Assembly: GCA_944382845.1 (NCBI GenBank)
Contig: CALWNN010000085.1
Location: 2,150-66,149, forward strand
Length of the DNA stretch: 64,000 nt
Source: an uncultured Clostridia bacterium
GTDB taxonomy: Bacteria; Bacillota; Clostridia; Oscillospirales; Ruminococcaceae
Direction of reading: 5' to 3'
Shown here: piece after piece, positions 18,732-27,650 of the stretch
Layout: every line of letters begins with the position of its first letter
How positions within the stretch are numbered: the stretch's first letter is position 1
Position numbers and translations under genes: made by a program
The notes under the pieces: model-generated
What the model saw: the letters and a program-made list of their open reading frames with translations, nothing else
Told to the model about the DNA's origin: nothing
Database searches by the model: none

Positions 18732-19817
18732 TCAGAATTTAACAGGATTAGCCGAGAGATATTTTCTTACCATAAGAGCGATCTTGAAAACAATTGCGTG
18801 ATCAAACTCCCTGAGATCAAGCCCTGTAAGTTTCTTTATCTTTTCAAGTCTGTAGACCAGAGTATTTCTGTGTACGAAAAGCTTTCTTGAGGTTTCAGAA
18901 ACGTTAAGGTTGTTTTCAAAGAATTTCTGAATAGTAAAGAGAGTTTCGTGGTCGAGTGCTTCTATAGAGCCTCTCTTGAAAACTTCTTTGAGGAATGTTT
19001 CGCAGAGAGTCGTGGGAAGGTGATAAATAAGTCTTGCAATTCCCAGATTGTCATAAGAAACAATCACCTTATCAGTGTCAAATACTTTACCTACTTCAAG
19101 GGCGGTCTGAGCCTCCTTAAAGGAACGCGCAAGATCCTTTACCCCCTCGACTACAGTACCGATGCCAACATTTACTCTTGTGTAAAATTCACTGCTCAAG
19201 GTATCCGCAATGCTTCTTGCAAGCTTTTCAAGGTCTTTTGAATCGATGCCCAGCTTTACCTCCTTAACAAGAACAATATCAGACTCGGTAATATTGAAAA
19301 CAAAATCCTTGTTCTTGTCGGGGAAAAGATTCTGTATCACATCATAAGCGGAAACATCGTTTGACGAAATTATCCTTATAAGAAAACAAACTCTTGAAAC
19401 ATCGTTATTAAAGTGAAGTTCTCTTGCTTTTACATGGATATCACCGGGAAGAACGTTATCAAGCACAACGTTTTTTATAAAGTTATTTCTGTCGTATTTC
19501 TCGTCATAATACTGCTTGATGCTTGAAAGTGTGATAGCAAGTATGCTTGCGTACTTTGCGGCAACCTCGTCTGTTCCCTCCACAAAGACTGCATAATCAG
19601 GCTTTAAATGAGTTCCGAACGGTTTATAGGTATAGCCGTCTCTTACAAAGATATCGTGAGTGTCGCTGAGATCAAAGGAAACGAACTCATTAGTCGTTCC
19701 GATAAGTGAAAGATCGGAGCATGCGATAATCGACGCATTTTCGTCAATTACACCTATAACACAGTCTATCGTATCACGCATCTGGTGAACTACGCTTTGA
19801 AATAATCTGTTGGACAT
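18732..19817 (-). CDS. PucR/CdaR-family transcriptional regulator
   Basis: 361 aa. The C-terminal PucR-type HTH is (N.SETSRKLFVHRNTLVYRLEKIKKLTGLDL). Confidence 0.75.
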   Translation of the reverse strand: MSNRLFQSVVHQMRDTIDCVIGVIDENASIIACSDLSLIGTTNEFVSFDLSDTHDIFVRDGYTYKPFGTHLKPDYAVFVEGTDEVAAKYASILAITLSSIKQYYDEKYDRNNFIKNVVLDNVLPGDIHVKARELHFNNDVSRVCFLIRIISSNDVSAYDVIQNLFPDKNKDFVFNITESDIVLVKEVKLGIDSKDLEKLARSIADTLSSEFYTRVNVGIGTVVEGVKDLARSFKEAQTALEVGKVFDTDKVIVSYDNLGIARLIYHLPTTLCETFLKEVFKRGSIEALDHETLFTIQKFFENNLNVSETSRKLFVHRNTLVYRLEKIKKLTGLDLREFDHAIVFKIALMVRKYLSANPVKF

Positions 19818-20090
19818 AATTTTTTCCCCTTTAGAATATCAGATTTGATTTGTATTTTCCTCTGTTACTATAATAACAAAAAATCATAGATTTTGCAAGT
19901 GATTTTCGTTAAAAATAATAACCCCGGAGTACAAATTCAATATCACGCCTCACGAATATATTACAAATAGTAACACATTTCTCTCGCAATTGTGTTAACA
20001 AATTGTAAATCTCCCCCTTTGAAGCGGATTTTGCGGCAGCAGGTCTTGTAATCAAACTGTAACCTTTGCTTTTGAGGTTTTCAATATGGT

Positions 20091-20286
20091 ATAACCGTGT
20101 TGCAGACGTCCCCCTGCCAATTGCTTGGCAGGTGTGCCAATTGCTTGGCAGGTGTGCCAATTGTTCGGCAGGTCTGATTCAGAATTTCAGCGGAGGATAC
20201 AGAACCCTAAATTGAACCACTCTGATAAACCATGCTCTAAACAATGACAAGCTGCAAAGTTGCAATTGTTGCAGTTTAGATTTTAC
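20091..20286 (-). repeat. Diverged long copy of the repeat family with 3 tandem 20-nt hairpin units
   Basis: It starts ATAACCGTGTTGCAGACGTCCCC. Next come 3 units of CTGCCAATTGCTTGGCAGGT (20115-20174), then GATTCAGAATTTCAGCGGAGG, ending in TTGCAGTTTAGATTTT. It is closest to the copy at 47250-47412. Confidence 0.8.
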
Positions 20287-20317
20287 AAAAAAAAGAAACC
20301 CTGTAATGCAGAGTTTC
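20286..20317 (-). terminator. Rho-independent terminator of ptsH
   Basis: GAAACCCTG/CAGAGTTTC stem (1 mismatch) with a T8 run on the minus strand. Confidence 0.7.
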
Positions 20318-20357
20318 CTTTTAAATTTATAGACGAATCAAAAATAAGAACCTGAGA

Positions 20358-20630
20358 TCAAGCCTTATCGTCAGCAAAACCACTTTCAACAAGGTCAACA
20401 AGTCCGTTTACGGCAGCCTGTTCATCTGCGCCGTCAGCAATGATTCTTATAGAAGTACCGCCAACGATACCAAGTGAAAGAATACCGAGAAGGCTCTTTG
20501 CATTTACTCTCCTGTCTTCCTTTTCGATCCAGATAGAGGACTTGAATTCGTTAGCCTTCTGGATAAAGAAAGTAGCCGGACGAGCATGAAGACCTACCTG
20601 ATTCTGAACAACAACATCTCTTACGAACAT
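20358..20630 (-). CDS. ptsH: Phosphocarrier protein HPr
   Basis: The His15 motif GLHARPA and the Ser46 motif NAKSLLGIL are present. The ATG at 20630 (MFVRD...) follows GGAGAG by 6 nt; the maximal ORF reaches 20648. Confidence 0.88.
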   Translation of the reverse strand: MFVRDVVVQNQVGLHARPATFFIQKANEFKSSIWIEKEDRRVNAKSLLGILSLGIVGGTSIRIIADGADEQAAVNGLVDLVESGFADDKA

Positions 20631-20927
20631 AATAATCTCTCCATTCATTCAAAAATAGTTCTGCAACCTTTCCGCGCTTAATAAAAAAATAAGCCGGAAA
20701 AACTCTATGCGTGTTTAAGTTCCTTATAGATATTATACAGTCATACTATCACATAGTCAACGATAAAAAATGCATAAATCCACCTTTTCAGCAAATTTTC
20801 TGCGATTTTATTATCTTCAAACGTTCCCGAAGCAATTTTTTTGTACAATTTCACTAAGAGCTTTGAAAAAATTAAAACACATTGTCCAAAAACTTTTAAC
20901 AATAGAATTTGATTCTTTACATCAAAT

Positions 20928-21719
20928 TTATTTATTGTTGTTAAAAATGCTATATACCAAATCGGTATAGTTTTTGTTTTCTTCCTCTTTTGCCCATGCT
21001 TTAAGGAACTCCTCATCTTTTTTGTCAAGCTCTGCTTTAAGTAAAAGATCAGGGCGCTTTTTTAAAGTTGTTATCAAAGCCTGTTCACGTCGCCATTTTG
21101 CAATATTAGCATGATGTCCCGACAAAAGCACCGCCGGCACGGTCATATCCTGCCAGACCTCCGGTCTTGTAAATTGAGGATACTCCAGAAGTCCGCTGTA
21201 GTGGGATTCATCCTCGTAGCAGTCCGATCTGGAAAGGGTTCCGTCTATCATTCTTACAACGCTGTCAATAAGCACAAGGGCGGGAAGTTCTCCCCCCGTC
21301 AGAACATAGTCCCCTATGGATATCTCCTCGTCAACTATTTTGTCGATAACCCTCTGGTCCACTCCCTCATAATGTCCGCAGAGAATAAATATATTGTCCA
21401 TTTTTGAAAGCTCGATACATTTTTTCTGAGTAAGGGTCTTTCCCTGAGGGGACATATATATTACATACGGCTTTTTGCCTGTCATTTCTTCAACCGCTTT
21501 GTAACAGCAGAATATAGGCTCGGCCTGCATTAGCATACCCTGTCTTTCGCTGTAGGGAGTGTCGTCCACACGGCGGTGCTTATCCTTGGTATATTCTCTT
21601 ATCTGATGGCAGTTTATTTCAAAAAGCCCTTTTTTCCTTGCCCTTCCCACTATGCTTTCCGAAAGATAATATTCGCACATTTCGGGGAAAAGGGTCGCAA
21701 CATCTATCCTCAAACCCAT
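20928..21719 (-). CDS. trmD: tRNA (guanine37-N1)-methyltransferase TrmD
   Basis: It has TrmD motifs (IDV.TLFPEM, GDYVLTGGELPA.VLIDSV.R) and follows rimM. The ATG at 21719 is preferred over the TTG at 21743. Confidence 0.9.
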   Translation of the reverse strand: MGLRIDVATLFPEMCEYYLSESIVGRARKKGLFEINCHQIREYTKDKHRRVDDTPYSERQGMLMQAEPIFCCYKAVEEMTGKKPYVIYMSPQGKTLTQKKCIELSKMDNIFILCGHYEGVDQRVIDKIVDEEISIGDYVLTGGELPALVLIDSVVRMIDGTLSRSDCYEDESHYSGLLEYPQFTRPEVWQDMTVPAVLLSGHHANIAKWRREQALITTLKKRPDLLLKAELDKKDEEFLKAWAKEEENKNYTDLVYSIFNNNK

Positions 21720-21756
21720 CTGCCTTTCTTTTTTTGTAATCAAGTCTTATCACTTA

Positions 21757-22257
21757 TCAGTCAAAAAGTCCGGGGATAGGCCTTATTTTCATAATCCCAC
21801 CCTCTATGTCCGTTTCGATCACAACGTCGGGAATTGCCGGAATAAGACTGAGTTTCCCCTCATCGTTTACAATATGATAAACGTCGTTTGCTCCCGTTTC
21901 ACTGACATCTGTTATTTTTCCATACGAAACGCCACTGTCCGTATCAATTACTTCAAGTCCAATCAGGTCCTGTATAAAGTAACTTCCCTCAGACAGCTCA
22001 ACATCGTTTCTGTCCATATATAAAACCCTGTTTCTCAGCTTCTGAGCCTGTTCAACCGTATCGCAACCGTTTATTTTCATAACGACCATATTTTTATGGA
22101 CTCTTGCCTTTTCAACCTTAACATCATCTCCGCTTTTCCAGTGGAGAATTTCAAACTCAGTGAGAAAGCCGGGAGAGTCGCACCACGGTTGAACCTTTAC
22201 CTCTCCTTTTATCCCAAAAACCGATACTATTTTTCCTATTTCAAGATATCGTTTCAT
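21757..22257 (-). CDS. rimM: 16S rRNA processing protein RimM
   Basis: It has the pattern IGKIV...GIKGEVKV plus a PRC barrel C-terminus. The ATG at 22257 follows AGGAGG; the maximal ORF reaches 22329. Confidence 0.88.
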   Translation of the reverse strand: MKRYLEIGKIVSVFGIKGEVKVQPWCDSPGFLTEFEILHWKSGDDVKVEKARVHKNMVVMKINGCDTVEQAQKLRNRVLYMDRNDVELSEGSYFIQDLIGLEVIDTDSGVSYGKITDVSETGANDVYHIVNDEGKLSLIPAIPDVVIETDIEGGIMKIRPIPGLFD

Positions 22258-22353
22258 AATTCCTCCTAAAGAAAGATACTGCTTGCCTGCAATTATTTTA
22301 ACACAAATCTCCCCGTAAATCAACAGCACATATGAAATTTAACATTAGACTTG

Positions 22354-22382
22354 TTGCAATAAGAACGGCGCTGTGTTATAAT
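22354..22382 (+). promoter_or_regulatory. Sigma-A type promoter of cysK
   Basis: TTGCAA (22354-22359), 17-nt spacer, TGtTATAAT (22374-22382). Confidence 0.6.
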
Positions 22383-22422
22383 AATTTCTGTGTGAATTTT
22401 ATGATTTTTAAGCGAGGGGGAA

Positions 22423-23361
22423 ATGCACATGATATACAACAACATTCTTGACGTAATAGGTCACACTCCGGTTATAAGGCTCAACAGAATGGTTGACGAG
22501 GATTCTGCGCAGGTTCTTGTTAAATTTGAGGGGCTGAATGTCGGCGGTTCGATCAAAACCAGAACCGCTTACAAAATGATAACCGACGCGGAGCAGAAAG
22601 GTCTTATACATAAGGACACAATTATTGTTGAACCCACAAGCGGAAACCAAGGCATAGGACTTGCTCTTATCGGTGCGGTAAAGGGCTATAAAACAATAAT
22701 CATCATGCCTGATTCCGTAAGTGAGGAGAGAAGAAAGCTTGTTGCACATTACGGAGCGCAGGTCATACTTATCCACGATTCTGGAAATATCGGAGACTGC
22801 ATTGACGAGTGCCTTAAAACCGCTCTCAGAATGGCGGAAGAAAACCCGAACGTCTATGTTCCGCAACAGTTTGAAAACCCTGCAAATCCCCTTGCGCACA
22901 AGCACCATACCGGGCTTGAGCTTATGGAGCAGGTAGAAGGTCCTATTCACGGATTCTGCTCAGGTATCGGCACCGGGGGAACCATAAGCGGAATAGGAGA
23001 GGTATTGAAGGCCCAGAACCCTGATATTGAGATATGGGCTGTTGAGCCTGAAAATGCAGCCATACTTGCAGGGGGAACCATAGGCACTCATCTTCAGATG
23101 GGAATAGGCGACGGACTTATCCCGAAAAATCTTAATCTTGATATTTACGATCATATCTACGTTGTAACCGATGACGAAGCTATTTCCACAGCAAAGGACC
23201 TTGCAAAAAAAGAGGGCATTATGTGCGGAATTTCCAGCGGAACAAACGTTGCCGCAGCTTTGAAGCTTGCAAAGAAGCTTGGAAAGGGAAAGACTGTTGT
23301 TACCGTGCTTCCCGACACGGCGGAAAGATATTTTTCAACTCCGCTTTTTGAAAATGAATAA
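22423..23361 (+). CDS. cysK: Cysteine synthase A family (PLP-dependent O-acetylserine sulfhydrylase)
   Basis: 312 aa. It has a lysine motif region GGSIKTR and TSGNQGIGLA, GTGGT. The second ATG at 22429 has better RBS spacing. Confidence 0.82.
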   Translation: MHMIYNNILDVIGHTPVIRLNRMVDEDSAQVLVKFEGLNVGGSIKTRTAYKMITDAEQKGLIHKDTIIVEPTSGNQGIGLALIGAVKGYKTIIIMPDSVSEERRKLVAHYGAQVILIHDSGNIGDCIDECLKTALRMAEENPNVYVPQQFENPANPLAHKHHTGLELMEQVEGPIHGFCSGIGTGGTISGIGEVLKAQNPDIEIWAVEPENAAILAGGTIGTHLQMGIGDGLIPKNLNLDIYDHIYVVTDDEAISTAKDLAKKEGIMCGISSGTNVAAALKLAKKLGKGKTVVTVLPDTAERYFSTPLFENE

Positions 23362-24283
23362 GCAGGTTTTTAAAAATATCCTGCCCACAGCTTTTGCACT
23401 TTCGGTGGTTTTAATTATGACAGGCGCGGCCGAGCTTTTCGGACAAAGGGAAATTATTTTTCCGGAGATAACGGCTGTTGCAATAGGTGCGCTTATCGCT
23501 CCCAAAATGACATGGAATACAAGCAGAAGTCGCCTTTTTTTCTTTATCAACATTGCAGCGGTAATCGGGATAACCATTTCAAGATTTCTTACCGTCACTC
23601 AGGCGGTAAGGATACCTGTGGCTTTTCTTACGGCGCAAGCGCTTCTCATAATATCCCGCACAGGCTTTGTTCCTATGATATCCGCCTGCGTTCTGCCCGT
23701 GGTTTTAGGTTCGGAAAGCTTTGTTTATGTGTTTTCCGTATTTGTTATGACAGGTCTTATACTTGTTTTGCAGATAGCGCTTGAAAAGCATGGTATTATA
23801 GAAAAAAGGGAGTTTATCCCAGCAAAAATTGATCCATCAACCCTTGTCATGTATGGAAAACACCTTTTGGTCATAACCGGCGCCTCTGCAATTGCGGATT
23901 TTTCCGGTCAGATGTATTTTATTGTTCCACCTCTGATTGTGGGTTATGTTGAAATGTCCTTTCCGTCATCGCCCTTGAGAAGCCGTTACAAGCAAGCTAT
24001 ATTCCTGATTTTTGCGGCAGGGATAATCGGGGTTGTATGCCGTCTGGGTTTAACGGAGAGTCTTGGGTTTCCCCTTGCTGTTTCGGCGGTGATTTCCGCA
24101 CTTGGGGTAATTGTGATTGTAAAGAAAATAAGACTTTACTTTCCGCCCTGCGGTGCGATCTGCACCCTTCCGATGCTTTTGGGGACACAAAATCTTCTTG
24201 TTTATCCGCTTGAAACAACTATAGGTTTTATAATTCTGACTGTTATTTCGCTAAATTTCTTCAAAGAAAAAGGAAGGGTATAA
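23354..24283 (+). CDS. Polytopic membrane protein of unknown function (possibly HPP-family-like)
   Basis: About 309 aa from the ATG at 23354 (MNKQVFKNIL...), overlapping the cysK end by 8 nt. It has about 8 TM segments. Two internal halves carry FPE.TAVAIGALIAP and FPPCGAICTLP motifs. Confidence 0.5.
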   Translation: MNKQVFKNILPTAFALSVVLIMTGAAELFGQREIIFPEITAVAIGALIAPKMTWNTSRSRLFFFINIAAVIGITISRFLTVTQAVRIPVAFLTAQALLIISRTGFVPMISACVLPVVLGSESFVYVFSVFVMTGLILVLQIALEKHGIIEKREFIPAKIDPSTLVMYGKHLLVITGASAIADFSGQMYFIVPPLIVGYVEMSFPSSPLRSRYKQAIFLIFAAGIIGVVCRLGLTESLGFPLAVSAVISALGVIVIVKKIRLYFPPCGAICTLPMLLGTQNLLVYPLETTIGFIILTVISLNFFKEKGRV

Positions 24284-24287
24284 ATTT

Positions 24288-24557
24288 ATGAAAAACTCAA
24301 AACCAAGAATAATCCTCACCCTTGTTGAAAAAAAAGGGGAATGTGGCTGTCACAGAGGACACAGGGTAGGGGACGTTTTCGACTTTGATAAGGACAGGGG
24401 CAGACTTTGTCCCATGGCAATGCACGTTGCATTTCCCTACATTGACATTTTACGCTATGGAGGAGAAATCCCTCCTTCAAAAAGCGGAGACATTCGGTTT
24501 TGCTGTCCTGACTGCGACGTTATAAACGTATTCAGGATAGAAAAGCTTGAGGAATAA
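24288..24557 (+). CDS. Small Cys/His-rich protein (resembles the TIGR04076 family from memory)
   Basis: 89 aa, starting 4 nt after the previous stop. It has 6 Cys and 3 His (ECGCHRGH ... LCPMAMH ... FCCPDC). Confidence 0.5.
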   Translation: MKNSKPRIILTLVEKKGECGCHRGHRVGDVFDFDKDRGRLCPMAMHVAFPYIDILRYGGEIPPSKSGDIRFCCPDCDVINVFRIEKLEE

Positions 24558-24637
24558 GAACCAACTGATTTTTTTAGCCGTAAATAACGAAAAGCTCCCG
24601 ACCATAAAAATTCGGAAGCTTTTTTATTTTTTTATTT

Positions 24638-25252
24638 TTATCCCATACCCTCATACTCGTCGGAAGTGTCAACTCCCATTTCAATGTCCGGGTCAATATA
24701 AACCTCTTCGGTTGTAGATGAAGTGTCCTCAGCCTCGGTTTCTTCCGGAACAGTGGTAACAGGCTCCGGCTTAGTGGATTCCGTTATCGTTGTGGTAGTT
24801 GTTTTATTGGTGGTTGTAGTTTTCTTAGTGGTAGTTTTTTTCTTTGTTGTTGTCGTTTTCTTTTTAGTTGTGGTTTTCTTAGTAGTAGTTGCTTTCTTGG
24901 TAGTGGTTGTTTTCTTAGTAGTTGAGGCTTGGGTTATCGTAACGGGAGTCTGGGTGTCTACAGGTCTTTCACTTTCTGTTTCCTCCGGCTCTTCTTCTTT
25001 TTCAGAAGTGGTTGTTGTTTCCGGAGCTTTTGAAGCTTCCTCTGATGTGGTGGTTGTCAGTGGGTCGTAGGAAGTCTCAGCACCGGTGGTAGTTACAACC
25101 GGACCGTCAGTCACATCGGCATCGACTACGGAGGTTTCAGGCTCTCCAAACGTAGTTATAGTAAGCTTGTACGGCTCGTTCACAGGGATAGAACAGCCTG
25201 CCATACAGATAAGAGCCGCTGCGGCGAGCAGCGCAGAAACAGCTTTTTTCAT
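24638..25252 (-). CDS. Lipoprotein with Thr/Lys-rich low-complexity repeat (TTTKK)n
   Basis: 204 aa. It has a signal plus lipobox (LICMAGC), then a T/E-rich and a TTTKKxTTTKK tract. AAAGGAG RBS is present. Confidence 0.6.
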   Translation of the reverse strand: MKKAVSALLAAAALICMAGCSIPVNEPYKLTITTFGEPETSVVDADVTDGPVVTTTGAETSYDPLTTTTSEEASKAPETTTTSEKEEEPEETESERPVDTQTPVTITQASTTKKTTTTKKATTTKKTTTKKKTTTTKKKTTTKKTTTTNKTTTTTITESTKPEPVTTVPEETEAEDTSSTTEEVYIDPDIEMGVDTSDEYEGMG

Positions 25253-25497
25253 AAAATTATCTCCTTTGCTCCTTTACGTTTTTTATCATAGCAAACCGCT
25301 TAATTTCGCGCATTTACATTATACAACATTTTTCCTCAGTTGTCATCTGAATTTTTTCCATTTTTTATTTTTATGCATTCTGGACAAATCAGAACTTTAT
25401 TTTTTGTACATTTTAAGCAACGTTAATTTCCCTTTTATCCATGTCTTAAAGACTCTCAATATAAACAAACCGCTCCAAGTAAAAGTTGACGCCCAAA

Positions 25498-25531
25498 GAA
25501 AAACCGCTGCCCGTAAAAGGGAGCGGTTTTA
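25498..25531. terminator. Bidirectional hairpin terminating the 10-gene ABC/envelope operon
   Basis: AAAACCGCTGCCC-gtaaaa-GGGAGCGGTTTT, with A/T runs on both sides. Confidence 0.75.
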
Positions 25532-25546
25532 CTCTTGTTAATAATA

Positions 25547-26620
25547 TTATCCGACAAGACCTGAACGTTCAACGCCTTCAACGAAATATCTCTGTAAGAA
25601 TACATACATGATAAGAATAGGCGCTGTTGCAAGTATACATCCGGATTCAAGCCAAACTATGATCTGTCTTGGCGAAACGGTCTGATTGTTGAACAGCTGA
25701 GCCTGTAAGGTGCTGTCAAGGTTTTTCAGAGCCAGCGCAACAGTATCGTTGTTTGTGAAGAATGAAGATGAAATATAGTAGTCGTTCCAGTACCATACGA
25801 TAGAGAAAAGGAATACGGTAAGGAATGACGACGCTGCGTTTGGTACCATTACAGTAATGAATGTTCTGAACGGTCCGCAGCCGTCAAGGTAAGCCGCGTC
25901 CTCAAGTTCCTTAGGAAGTCCTCTGAAGAACTGTCTGAAAATGAAGATGAACAGACCTGCCTTGATACCGTTTGCAAATATTGCCGGAGCATACATTGTA
26001 ATTCCCTTGTTGATAAGGCTGATTGTTGCTTCGCCGGTAAAAAGCTTTACAAGTCCAAAGCCCTTGAAGAATGAGAACTGAAGGAACAGTGGGATCGATG
26101 TGATCTGTGGCGGAACAATGATCTGTAAAATTACAAGTGCGAAAAGCAGTCCCTTAAATTTAAACTTAAATCTTGCAAATCCGTATCCTGTGATAGCGCA
26201 GGACGCTACTGAAAGGACAGAGGAAATGATATTGAGCTTTAGCGTGTTGAGAACTGTTGAACCGTAATCAATGATATCCCATGTATCTTTGATATTTCTG
26301 AGGGTCAAGCTTTTCGGAAGCCATACTATAGATGGGTCAGACATCTGTTCGTTTGGTCTGAACGCAGTCGACACCATGAATATGAGGGGATAGAGAATTA
26401 CGAAGCAAAGTCCGAAAAGTATGAGGAATCTGAATATAGGCCATACAGAACCCACAAGAGCTTTGTTTCTGTTGTACTTTCTCTGCTCGGGAGTGATATT
26501 TGGCTTGATGCCTGCGGCTTTCATTGCTTTAAGCTTTGCTTTTTTTGCCGCTTTCATTTCTTTTGCGAATAATTTTTCTTCTTTTCTTGTAGCCAATTTT
26601 TTCTCCCCCCTCTTATTCAA
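25547..26620 (-). CDS. Carbohydrate ABC transporter permease (MalG-like), Lys-rich N-terminal tail
   Basis: It has the EAA loop ELEDAAYLDGCGPFRTFITVMVP. The maximal ORF starts at the TTG at 26620. The TTG at 26596 has a GAGGGGGGAG RBS 6 nt upstream. Confidence 0.82.
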   Translation of the reverse strand: MNKRGEKKLATRKEEKLFAKEMKAAKKAKLKAMKAAGIKPNITPEQRKYNRNKALVGSVWPIFRFLILFGLCFVILYPLIFMVSTAFRPNEQMSDPSIVWLPKSLTLRNIKDTWDIIDYGSTVLNTLKLNIISSVLSVASCAITGYGFARFKFKFKGLLFALVILQIIVPPQITSIPLFLQFSFFKGFGLVKLFTGEATISLINKGITMYAPAIFANGIKAGLFIFIFRQFFRGLPKELEDAAYLDGCGPFRTFITVMVPNAASSFLTVFLFSIVWYWNDYYISSSFFTNNDTVALALKNLDSTLQAQLFNNQTVSPRQIIVWLESGCILATAPILIMYVFLQRYFVEGVERSGLVG

Positions 26621-27650
26621 CTTCGTAGTAAACGAACTTGTTTACTACAACTACAACAATTGCAAGTACAACTCCGACTATTGCAAAGTATGCCCAAGCC
26701 ATTGCTGCCGAGAATCCGTGATGCCACTGTGACGACTGTGAAAGAACCTGTTGCATTACCGCGTTTGTAGGATCTACAAATGAGTCTACAACAGTGTAAA
26801 CCAAGCTGGCGATTATCATAGGGCTTATGTAAGGAACGGTAATTTTCCAGAAATATTCCCACGCCGTTGCACCTTCCATCTGCGCCGCTTCCTTGGCAGA
26901 GAACGGAATGTTCTGCAAAGCCGAGAGGAACAGAAGAATCTGGATACCTGAGTTCCATACCATATTGAAGATATCCGCAGTAACTGTGGTTATCATGTTG
27001 GTAAGGCTGTCGCTTATGCCATAAATTCCAAGGAAGGTCAGGAGCTGGTCAACAAGGTCTGTTTCAAACATTGTTGAGAACTGCTCGGAACCGCCTGCAT
27101 ATCCGCCTGTAGACATATTACCGTTGATAATATCGAATACAGGACCTGTTGCGATAATAACAGGAAGGAAGAATACGGCTCTTGCGAATGTACGTCCTCT
27201 GAACTTCTGGTTAAGAATAACCGCAATGAAGATAGAGAAGATAATGATAAGCGGAGTTTTGAGGCCAGTGGTACCAAGCACGCTTAAAAGATTCTTTGTG
27301 TAATCAGGATCCTGTCTGAAAGCGTTTATATAGTTGTCCCAGCCTATAAAATCAAGCTGCATTTCTCCCGATACAGGCTTTGTGTTATTGAATGAATAAA
27401 TAAGAGATTTGATTACAGGAACAATAAAGAAATATATTGTTCCCACAAACCAGAGTGCGATAAATCCGTAGCCGTAGAGAGCCTTTCTTTTTTCGTACGG
27501 GATCTTTGTACCCTTGATCTCTTTGGGCTTCACAAGTCCGCCCTCTTCACTTCCGGACTTTTTAGAAGTTTCGTCTGCAACAGCTTCTGTATTTACATTT
27601 TCAGCTGCCTTTACTTCTGCGGCTTCCATGTTAGTTGTTTTTTCTTCCAT
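26613..27650 (-). CDS. Sugar ABC transporter permease (MalF-like), acidic/Lys-rich N-terminal tail
   Basis: 345 aa. It has the EAA loop AKEAAQMEGATAWEYFWKITVP. Its start overlaps the upstream stop as TAATG. Confidence 0.82.
   Translation of the reverse strand: MEEKTTNMEAAEVKAAENVNTEAVADETSKKSGSEEGGLVKPKEIKGTKIPYEKRKALYGYGFIALWFVGTIYFFIVPVIKSLIYSFNNTKPVSGEMQLDFIGWDNYINAFRQDPDYTKNLLSVLGTTGLKTPLIIIFSIFIAVILNQKFRGRTFARAVFFLPVIIATGPVFDIINGNMSTGGYAGGSEQFSTMFETDLVDQLLTFLGIYGISDSLTNMITTVTADIFNMVWNSGIQILLFLSALQNIPFSAKEAAQMEGATAWEYFWKITVPYISPMIIASLVYTVVDSFVDPTNAVMQQVLSQSSQWHHGFSAAMAWAYFAIVGVVLAIVVVVVNKFVYYEVE

Noticed and set aside
19909-20160. 83-aa ORF between the PucR-family gene and ptsH.
   Set aside because: Its N-terminal part is translated from the repeat-family copy, including the tandem hairpin units. 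It has no RBS.
20115-20174. Tandem 20-nt palindromic units here, and at 46277-46336 and 47351-47390, could be mistaken for a tiny CRISPR array.
   Set aside because: The units abut directly with no spacers. There are only 2-3 units of 20 nt, embedded in a larger conserved repeat element, and no cas genes are in the window.
22330-22422. T-box or S-box leader in front of cysK.
   Set aside because: The promoter-to-ATG distance is only about 40 nt, far too short for either leader class.
22408-22950. 180-aa ORF antisense to cysK.
   Set aside because: It is fully nested opposite a strongly supported cysK reading frame. It has no RBS and no recognisable motifs.
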